A stretch of 64,000 bases of DNA. Source: Patescibacteria group bacterium. GTDB taxonomy: Bacteria; Patescibacteriota; JACPGU01. Below the pieces are notes generated by a model. That model saw only the letters and a program-made list of their open reading frames with translations, had not been told where the DNA came from and searched no databases. Below, piece by piece: positions 57,288 to 64,000 of the stretch. Location of the stretch: the NCBI GenBank assembly GCA_028718745.1, contig JAQULF010000001.1:31666-95665 (forward strand). Direction: 5' to 3'. The translations under genes and the position numbers were made by a program. Numbering within the stretch: the stretch's first letter is position 1; every line of letters starts with the position of its first letter.

Positions 57288-57851
57288 CTATGCGCGCTCT
57301 ACATATTCTCCGGTACTGGTATTTATTTTAATCACATCTCCTTCATTTATAAATGCCGGAACATTAAGCTTATAGCCGGTTTCAAGAACAGCCGGCTTTT
57401 TCACATCACTCGCGGTAGCTGACTTAATGCTTGGTTCCGTATCAGTAACTTTGAGAGCTACTTTTGCCGGCAGGTCTACTGTCAAAGGAACTTCTTTGTA
57501 AAGCATTATTTCCACTTCCATACCTTCTTTGAGAAATCCTCCCTTATCACCGAGAATGTTTTCCTTAATTTCAAATTGTTCAAAGGTCGCATTATCCATA
57601 AAAGTATATTGATCGCCTTGCTTGAAAAGAAACTGGGTCTTTCTTTTTTCCAAGTCGATGCCGTTAATTGTGTCCCGATCGCGAAAGACAACTTCAAAAA
57701 CATTGCCGACTGCAAGATTACGCAATCGAGTCGTCATAAATCCTTTCGATTGACTGGAACGGGAAAAATTAGCAGAGATCACTTCATGAGGAGCTCCGTT
57801 ATAGTCAATTTTAACACCGGGTTTTAGGTCGGTCATTTGCATATCGTTCAT
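57288..57851 (-). CDS. efp: Elongation factor P
   Basis: 187 aa, KPG-loop region TDLKPGVKIDYNGAPHEVISANFSRSSQSKGFMTTRLRNL. Confidence 0.9.
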   Translation of the reverse strand: MNDMQMTDLKPGVKIDYNGAPHEVISANFSRSSQSKGFMTTRLRNLAVGNVFEVVFRDRDTINGIDLEKRKTQFLFKQGDQYTFMDNATFEQFEIKENILGDKGGFLKEGMEVEIMLYKEVPLTVDLPAKVALKVTDTEPSIKSATASDVKKPAVLETGYKLNVPAFINEGDVIKINTSTGEYVERA

Positions 57852-57937
57852 TCTCCCTAATTATCCCTAATTACTCCCAAATTTTCCGAATCCTCTTCGG
57901 GATATTCGGGTTTTATTTGGGATCATTCGTGATTTAT

Positions 57938-58144
57938 TTATTTGTTCACAAATGGCAACAAAGCCAAATGTCTCGCTCGCTTAATCGCTTGAGCTAATCT
58001 TCTTTGGTGGAAAGCGCAAGCGCCGGTGCGTCGGCGAGTCTCAATTTTTCCAAAAAAAGACAGGTGGCGTTTCAATGAATCCACTTGCTTGTAATCAATT
58101 TCTTTTATGCCTTTTGAGCAATAAACACAGATTTTATTTTTCAT
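57938..58144 (-). CDS. rpsR: 30S ribosomal protein S18
   Basis: CVYCSKGIKEIDYKQVDSLKRHLSFFGKIETRRRTGACAFHQRRLAQAIKRARHLALLPF. Confidence 0.9.
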   Translation of the reverse strand: MKNKICVYCSKGIKEIDYKQVDSLKRHLSFFGKIETRRRTGACAFHQRRLAQAIKRARHLALLPFVNK

Positions 58145-58167
58145 GCGTCCAAATTTAATTTCTAAAT

Positions 58168-58647
58168 CTAAAATGGTATATCATCTAAACTTATTTCTCC
58201 TTCACCTGCTATCTCATTACTAATCGGTGGTGCCATATCCGATGAAACGGGAGCCGAGCCCATTCCCATGCCACCAGATGAAGGGGCTGCAGAACCGCCT
58301 CCCTGACTCCATTCTTTTGGTTTGTCCAATACCAATACATTTTCCGCTACAATCTCTGTTTTCTGTCTCTTTACCCCATCTTGACCTTCCCAAGTCCTGG
58401 TTTGAATACGGCCTTCAACATAAGCCTTTCTTCCTTTGGATAGTATCTGACTGCAGATTTCAGCTAATTTGCCCCAAGTGACTATTTCATGATATTCTAC
58501 CGCATCCTTTTTTTCTCCGGTATTGTCCACCCAAGATCTGTTGGTCGCCACCGCAAAAGATGCTACGGCTTGACCATTTGGAGTATAACGAAGCTCCGGA
58601 TCACGAGTTAGGTTCCCAATAATTGTTGCGCGATTTAAGCTTAACAT
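58168..58647 (-). CDS. ssb: Single-stranded DNA-binding protein
   Basis: OB-fold N-terminus MLSLNRATIIGNLTRDPELRYTPNGQAVASF, Gly-rich linker, acidic tail DDIPF. Confidence 0.9.
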   Translation of the reverse strand: MLSLNRATIIGNLTRDPELRYTPNGQAVASFAVATNRSWVDNTGEKKDAVEYHEIVTWGKLAEICSQILSKGRKAYVEGRIQTRTWEGQDGVKRQKTEIVAENVLVLDKPKEWSQGGGSAAPSSGGMGMGSAPVSSDMAPPISNEIAGEGEISLDDIPF

Positions 58648-58712
58648 AATGGCCCCTTTCTAAAAAATTATTTTTATATTAATTGGATTGTTGCTTTCTT
58701 GTTTCCTTGTCT

Positions 58713-59480
58713 TTAAAGTTCTTCGTCTTTCAATAATTCCGCCAATTTCTTCTCCAGCTGTTCTTTTCTTTCCGCTTCGGTCATTTGCTTCCTAACCGGT
58801 TTTCTCTCTTCCATTTCAGCTTCTTTGGCCGGTTTTTCCTTGTCCGCATCACTTTGTGAATCAATGTGGGCGGGTTCAACAATCTCTTCCTTAGCAATTT
58901 CTCTCTCCTTTTTATTTGTTTCAACCTCTCCCTGCTCGGGCGCAATATATTGCGCCCCTACGGGTTCGTCTGATTCTTCTTCTTGATTCTTGATTCCTAA
59001 TTCTTGATTCTCTTCTTTAATTTTCTCAACCGGAGCTTCAACCGCTTCTACACCAACTGGCGGATTTTCTTCTTTGACTTCCTCAACTTCTTTCTTTTTA
59101 GCAAACTTTCTTGGTCTTCTCGTTTCTTCTTCGTTCTTTTCCTCAAAACCTCTCTTCGGTTTATCTAGTGCTCCTTCTTCAAAGAAAGGGGATCCTTCTA
59201 TAAAATCGACGATCAAATAGCGGAGAATTTTTTCATTAAGGTTTAATTCTTTGTTTAATTTATTGGTTTCTTCAGGTTTAATATCAAAAATGAAGACATA
59301 ATAATAGCCAAAACTATTTTTGGCAATTTTATAGATCAATTTTCGCTTACCCCAAAAGACCTCTTTTTCAACCTTGCCGCCTTTGGATTCAATCAGTTTT
59401 TTGACATCTTTCGCAATATCCGCCGCTCTGTCTTCGGTGTAATTTTCACTAACAATAAACGAGATTTCGTATTTTTTCAT
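58713..59480 (-). CDS. rpsF: 30S ribosomal protein S6 with about 150-aa Glu/Lys-rich C-terminal extension
   Basis: MKKYEISFIVSENYTEDRAADIAKDVKKLIESKGGKV...WGKRKLIYKI; rpsF-ssb-rpsR order. Confidence 0.85.
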   Translation of the reverse strand: MKKYEISFIVSENYTEDRAADIAKDVKKLIESKGGKVEKEVFWGKRKLIYKIAKNSFGYYYVFIFDIKPEETNKLNKELNLNEKILRYLIVDFIEGSPFFEEGALDKPKRGFEEKNEEETRRPRKFAKKKEVEEVKEENPPVGVEAVEAPVEKIKEENQELGIKNQEEESDEPVGAQYIAPEQGEVETNKKEREIAKEEIVEPAHIDSQSDADKEKPAKEAEMEERKPVRKQMTEAERKEQLEKKLAELLKDEEL

Positions 59481-59674
59481 TAAGTCTCCTTATGGTCTAT
59501 GCCTTACCTTTTAATTAAAGCAAGGAAGGATTATTCATATTTATTCCATTTTAACACAAAAAAGATTCCGATTCAACTACTATCTTGGCAAATAAAAACC
59601 CTCACGCTTTTTGATTTCTAAAAATTGCGTAAGGGCTCGTATTCGTGTTGAGTGAGTTGGGTATTTTTGCTGTG

Positions 59675-60247
59675 TCAGGCAGCTTGGGAGACAATGGCAA
59701 CCCGATATTCGGGGCCAACCACTCCGTGTTCAGAGTCATTGACAACTTGCATCCAATGACCATCTTCGCGGAGAGCAAGCTGCCAAGAAAGGCCCCATCT
59801 TGTAGAAATTGATGAGTCCAATTGTTCGTACGGGTACTGCGCGGCCAGTGCAAGAAGTAACAGGGGGTGAACAAGCCTTTCTCCCTTATTCAGGCAGGAA
59901 TATACTTTCGCTCTTTCCGTATCCTCCTTTAGTTTGCGTAGAATGACTTCCGCATCACATATACCGGTAAAATCGAGTGGTGGCAAAGCTTTTGCAACAT
60001 CAATATGCTCAATGGGATGATACCAACGATGCTTGTTGGGAACATATACAGTATCGAAGTTGCACCGTCTTACCGCATCATCCCATGACACACTGGCGTC
60101 AAACCGAACAAGCAGAGTACCGGACAGTTGTTTGTGTACCCGCAATACTTGCTTGACCGACATACTGCCATCGCGAACTCGCCGAAAAACCTCGTGCTGT
60201 TGTCGAGCAATCTTTCCCAATTCTTCGTCGCCTGCGGCTCTCGCCAT
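59675..60247 (-). CDS. hypothetical protein (GC-rich island)
   Basis: 190-aa ORF, GC-rich, no motif recognised. Confidence 0.4.
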   Translation of the reverse strand: MARAAGDEELGKIARQQHEVFRRVRDGSMSVKQVLRVHKQLSGTLLVRFDASVSWDDAVRRCNFDTVYVPNKHRWYHPIEHIDVAKALPPLDFTGICDAEVILRKLKEDTERAKVYSCLNKGERLVHPLLLLALAAQYPYEQLDSSISTRWGLSWQLALREDGHWMQVVNDSEHGVVGPEYRVAIVSQAA

Positions 60248-60431
60248 GACGACACCTCCATATAAGATTTTAAGGCGCGGTCTTCAGCCTTAATTAGTTA
60301 AATTATAGCACAATATAGCAAAAAAACAAATTAAATTTGTTTTTTTGATTTCTTGCTTTTTTGTTTTCTTATCCTATTTCCCCAAATTCCTCAACGCTTC
60401 TTTGAGTTTTTTTCGGAGTCTTTGACATTGC

Positions 60432-60689
60432 TTACTTATACAACTGGCTGTGAGTTCCGATGGCGATAAAGATAATATCGTCTGACTTTTCTTCAAAAAT
60501 AGCTCTGTAATTGCCAGAAACATTAATGCTTCTTAAACCATTTAATTTACCAGAAAGAGAATGGTTTTTTAGTATAGGATCATATTTGTCTGACTTAAAT
60601 ATTTCTAGTCTTTCTATAAACCTATCTTTAATTTCTTGAGGACATTTCTTAAACGCCTTATCAAATTTTTTAGAGGAGCCAACGATCAT
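60432..60689 (-). CDS. Type II toxin, RelE/ParE (YafQ-like) family
   Basis: LSGKLNGLRSINVSGNYRAIFEEKSDDIIFIAIGTHSQLYK. Confidence 0.7.
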   Translation of the reverse strand: MIVGSSKKFDKAFKKCPQEIKDRFIERLEIFKSDKYDPILKNHSLSGKLNGLRSINVSGNYRAIFEEKSDDIIFIAIGTHSQLYK

Positions 60690-60698
60690 AAAATATTT

Positions 60699-60977
60699 TT
60701 ATATTTGTTTTAGATGAGCTATAAAACTATCCATATTTTTAAAACTTTTCATCTTACCACTCTTATACTCTTCTTTGGCTTCTTTTATTGCTTCGAGTAA
60801 TTCATCCGAAGGATTGGACTCATCCTCATTTAAACTGATATGTAATTCTTTTTTAACTACAAATCTTCTTAAATAGATATTTAGAACATCACTCAAATTA
60901 AGTCCCATCTCCTCTGCAATTTTTTGAGCTTGGGTTTTGATTTTTTTGTCAGTTTTGAAATTGATAACAGTGGTCAT
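60699..60977 (-). CDS. Type II antitoxin, RelB/DinJ family
   Basis: MTTVINFKTDKKIKTQAQKIAEEMGLNLSDVLNIYLRRFV. Confidence 0.65.
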   Translation of the reverse strand: MTTVINFKTDKKIKTQAQKIAEEMGLNLSDVLNIYLRRFVVKKELHISLNEDESNPSDELLEAIKEAKEEYKSGKMKSFKNMDSFIAHLKQI

Positions 60978-61088
60978 ATTTTTGAGTTAATTATATTGTA
61001 TATACATTATATATATACTGTAAATTCTGTCAATAATTGTCTTTCTTTCCCTAAATTTAAAATTTAATTTTTAATATTTAAAATCCCC

Positions 61089-61679
61089 CTATCCCTTCCC
61101 CAAATTTCTCAAAGCTTCTTTGAGTTTCTTTTCGGGATCTTTAATAGTGGCAGGAACCATTTTAATCGCGGCGCGAGCTTCGACACCGTTATAGCCAAGG
61201 CGAAGGAGAGCTTCATAGACATCCATGTTGGCTGAAGAACCGACATCAATAGATTTAGTGCCGATCGGACGAATGTCCCCGACTTTAATTTTATTTTTCA
61301 ATTCCATTACAATTCTTTGCGCGGTTTTGGTGCCGATACCGGAGATGTTGGTCAGAATTTCCGGGTTATCCGCGATCACCGCTTCGCGAATATCTTCAAG
61401 AGATGCGGCATTCAAAACGCTCAAAGCCACTTTCGGACCAATTCCTGAAATAGACAAAAGAAGTTCAAAAAATTCCTGCTCGTCATAAGTGTGAAAACCA
61501 TAAAGCGCTTGAGAGCTTTCGGTAATATGATGATAAATGTAAAAGGCAACCGCTTCGCCAACATTAGACAAATTTAAAACGGAATTGGGCACGAAAACCT
61601 TGTAGCCAACCCCATTGGTTTCTACAATTAACCAATTTTCTTTTGAGATTAAAACTTGACCTTTTATGCTTGCTATCAT
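61089..61679 (-). CDS. ruvA: Holliday junction branch migration protein RuvA
   Basis: MIASIKGQVL, helix-hairpin-helix SISGIGPKVALSVLN and ISGIGTKTAQRIVMELK, C-terminal domain EALLRLGY. Confidence 0.85.
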   Translation of the reverse strand: MIASIKGQVLISKENWLIVETNGVGYKVFVPNSVLNLSNVGEAVAFYIYHHITESSQALYGFHTYDEQEFFELLLSISGIGPKVALSVLNAASLEDIREAVIADNPEILTNISGIGTKTAQRIVMELKNKIKVGDIRPIGTKSIDVGSSANMDVYEALLRLGYNGVEARAAIKMVPATIKDPEKKLKEALRNLGKG

Positions 61680-61721
61680 GATAGTAGTATAGCATAATAA
61701 AAATAATACGAAAGTTTTAAA

Positions 61722-63374
61722 TTGTTTTATATGCAGAAAACTAAACATCCTCTCGCTTTAATCATCCTCGATGGTTTTGGGACAAAAAAAGATCAGTTAG
61801 GCAACGCGATTGCATTGGCCCGCAAGCCTAACTTTGATTTCTTTTGCCAGTATTTTCCCAAAACTACCTTGGCTCACTCCGGATTGGCCGTGGGATTGCC
61901 CAGCGGAATTGTAGGAAATAGTGAAGTGGGACACAAAAGTATCGGCTGTGGCAGAGTTACTGTTCAAACTATGTTCGCCATTCAAAAATCCATGTTCTAT
62001 GGACAATTTTTTGATAATCCCGCTCTCAAAAAATCGATCGAACATGCTAGAGCTAATAATTCCAAACTGCATATCATCGGTCTTCTGTCTGATGGAGGAG
62101 GACATTCGCATATAGATCATCTTTTTGGTATATTCCGGCTTTTGATTGCTAATAATTTCAAGGAAAATGTCTATTTGCATTTTTTTAGCGATGGCCGAGA
62201 TGTCCCACCAAAATCCTTTTCAGAATATTTTCATTTGGTCAAAGAAACTCTGACTGATTCGGGTATTCACGCAAAAATAGCTTCTGTCGGCGGAAGATAT
62301 TGGGGAATGGACAGGGCGGAAAACTGGGATCGAATTGAGAAAAGCTATAACACTATGGTGGGAATTTCGGAAAATAAATTGGAAGAGAATAAGGTCTTGG
62401 ATTATTTCCAGAAATCCTATGAAAAAAATATAACCGATGAATTTATCGAACCGGCAACAATAGTGGATGAATCCGGTAAACCGGTCGGACCGGTCCAGGA
62501 TAATGATGCGGTTATCTTTTTTAATTTCCGCCCCGACAGAATGAGGCAGATTTTGCGTTGCTTTTTTGATGAGGACTTTCCTTATTTTGAAAGAAAAAAG
62601 CTCGACCATTTTCAAACTACTTATCTTAAAGAAATTCAAATAACCTCATTGACCGATTACGAAATCGATACGGACAAAAAAAGTATTTCGATTGCCTTTG
62701 CGGAAACAAAATTGGATGGCACTTTGGCCGAAGTATTGGCAAGACAAGGCTTAAGTCAATTGCATATCGCCGAAACGGAAAAACAAGCTCACATTACCTA
62801 TTTCTTGAATGGCGGAAATGAATCCAAAGAACCGGGTGAGGAACATCTGATTATCCCGTCAAAAAAAGTCAGAACTTATGATCTGGCCCCGGAAATGTCT
62901 ACGATAGAGATCGCCGATGCCTTGATTAAAAATCTAGCTCAAAAAAATTATGATTTTTACGCGGTCAATATCGCTAGTTCCGACATGGTGGGGCATACCG
63001 GAAATTTGGAAGCTGGGGTTAAGGCGATTGAAGCTATCGACGAGCAGTTGGGTAGAATTTATAAAGAGATAGAAAACCAAAATGGTTTTATGATGATTGT
63101 TTCCGATCATGGCAATGTTGAGGAGATGATCAATCCAACAACCGGCGAAATGGATACGGAACATAATGTTTATCCATCCCCATTTTTGCTGGTCTCGCCA
63201 AAATTAAAAAGAGAGACCCCGTCTTTCATGTCTCTGGAAGATATGGCCGTCAATCCTTCCGGAACCCTGGCCGATGTTATGCCAACTATTTTAGAGCTCT
63301 ATGATATACCTATGCCCGAGGTGAAAGTCTCACCGGAGCAGAAGGGAATTTCGTTAATTGGAAGATTAAGGTAG
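61722..63374 (+). CDS. gpmI: 2,3-bisphosphoglycerate-independent phosphoglycerate mutase
   Basis: LIILDGFG N-terminus, GNSEVGH, 550 aa iPGM architecture. Confidence 0.9.
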   Translation: MFYMQKTKHPLALIILDGFGTKKDQLGNAIALARKPNFDFFCQYFPKTTLAHSGLAVGLPSGIVGNSEVGHKSIGCGRVTVQTMFAIQKSMFYGQFFDNPALKKSIEHARANNSKLHIIGLLSDGGGHSHIDHLFGIFRLLIANNFKENVYLHFFSDGRDVPPKSFSEYFHLVKETLTDSGIHAKIASVGGRYWGMDRAENWDRIEKSYNTMVGISENKLEENKVLDYFQKSYEKNITDEFIEPATIVDESGKPVGPVQDNDAVIFFNFRPDRMRQILRCFFDEDFPYFERKKLDHFQTTYLKEIQITSLTDYEIDTDKKSISIAFAETKLDGTLAEVLARQGLSQLHIAETEKQAHITYFLNGGNESKEPGEEHLIIPSKKVRTYDLAPEMSTIEIADALIKNLAQKNYDFYAVNIASSDMVGHTGNLEAGVKAIEAIDEQLGRIYKEIENQNGFMMIVSDHGNVEEMINPTTGEMDTEHNVYPSPFLLVSPKLKRETPSFMSLEDMAVNPSGTLADVMPTILELYDIPMPEVKVSPEQKGISLIGRLR

Positions 63375-63974
63375 TTATCTATAATCTCTATCAGCAAATA
63401 CCACTAGCCGATTAGAATACTGATTGGTATATATATCCCATGCGCCAGCACAAGTAATAAGGTTGAGATGAGGTTTTCCGTCATTTGAAATAAAAATATC
63501 AGTCGCATTGTCTGTTGCGCCATAAGTTCGAATTTCGCGAATTATGAAGGGAATGGTTTTGCCGGTGTCATCCTCTACTATAATTACATAACCCGGCTTT
63601 ACTTCTTTGAGACCGGCGAATACCGCCGTAGCTCCATACCACCAGTCAACATGTCCGTCCATGACCGCACTTCCTAATTCTCCCGGTCGAGGTCCTGGCT
63701 CATACCAACCGGTGTTCATAGGATCTTTGGGCACATCCATCGATCCGTCATTTTTTAAGCCCACTCTTTCAACCGCGGCATCAACATTGATACTCGGAAT
63801 TTTTATCCGTACTGGCACCCCAATACTTTCCTGCGCAGGCATATTCGTAGCAACTTTAGAAATAACAGTGGATACAGGTATGCTAACACTCTTCTGGGCA
63901 GAAGCATTATATTGGGCAATATGACAAAACAGAAAAACTGATGCTATTGAAATAATAACGAATAATGCTAGCAA
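63375..63974 (-). CDS. Sortase family transpeptidase
   Basis: N-terminal TM, catalytic His in MDGHVDW and Cys in LNLITCAG (TLxTC motif). Confidence 0.65.
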   Translation of the reverse strand: MLALFVIISIASVFLFCHIAQYNASAQKSVSIPVSTVISKVATNMPAQESIGVPVRIKIPSINVDAAVERVGLKNDGSMDVPKDPMNTGWYEPGPRPGELGSAVMDGHVDWWYGATAVFAGLKEVKPGYVIIVEDDTGKTIPFIIREIRTYGATDNATDIFISNDGKPHLNLITCAGAWDIYTNQYSNRLVVFADRDYR

Positions 63975-64000
63975 AACAATCAGGAACAGTTCTAGCGCCT

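Noticed and set aside
1-64000. CRISPR arrays, rRNA genes, integrase or transposase genes
   Set aside because: I looked for regularly spaced direct repeats with unique spacers, rRNA-like conserved stretches and recombinase motifs, and found none. The only repeat arrays are the short heptamer or octamer tracts described above.

Overview
This is an AT-rich bacterial chromosomal segment of about 64 kb; the AT-richness is a by-eye estimate, as no GC content was computed. The gene content suggests a small-genome, CPR/Patescibacteria-like organism, and that is an inference. It includes long acidic or lysine-rich tails on ribosomal proteins L25 and S6, a LemA+DUF2207 pair, many type II toxin-antitoxin pairs and many small membrane proteins. 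Housekeeping genes present are ppdK (5-prime partial), lepA, murJ, ftsH, two ABC transporters, L25, two AI-2E transporter paralogs, smpB, a tmRNA (ssrA), typA, tsaE, tsaB, trpS, tlyA, efp, the rpsF-ssb-rpsR operon, ruvA, gpmI and a sortase. There are two tRNAs, Ser-UGA and an unusual Arg-GCG. Accessory content is four RelE/ParE-family TA pairs, a Dam-like type II restriction-modification pair, a GIY-YIG protein, and a 3.3 kb island bounded by direct repeats of the 3-prime end of an AI-2E transporter gene. The most striking signal is a family of short GC-rich palindromic or cloverleaf-like elements of 34-63 bp. They are inserted in-frame into four conserved genes (lepA, tsaE, tsaB, tlyA), and related copies are clustered in one intergenic nest. 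This resembles Rickettsia palindromic elements. The window also contains at least three AT-rich dispersed repeat families and heptamer stop-codon arrays that abut gene ends. Many discrete GC-rich islands are bounded by ORFs and sit in the AT-rich background. One encodes a 664-aa protein with a C-terminal MutS-domain-V-like ABC ATPase; another encodes a PurM-like protein. No CRISPR array or rRNA was seen. All calls come from reading the sequence and ORF translations; no database search was run.
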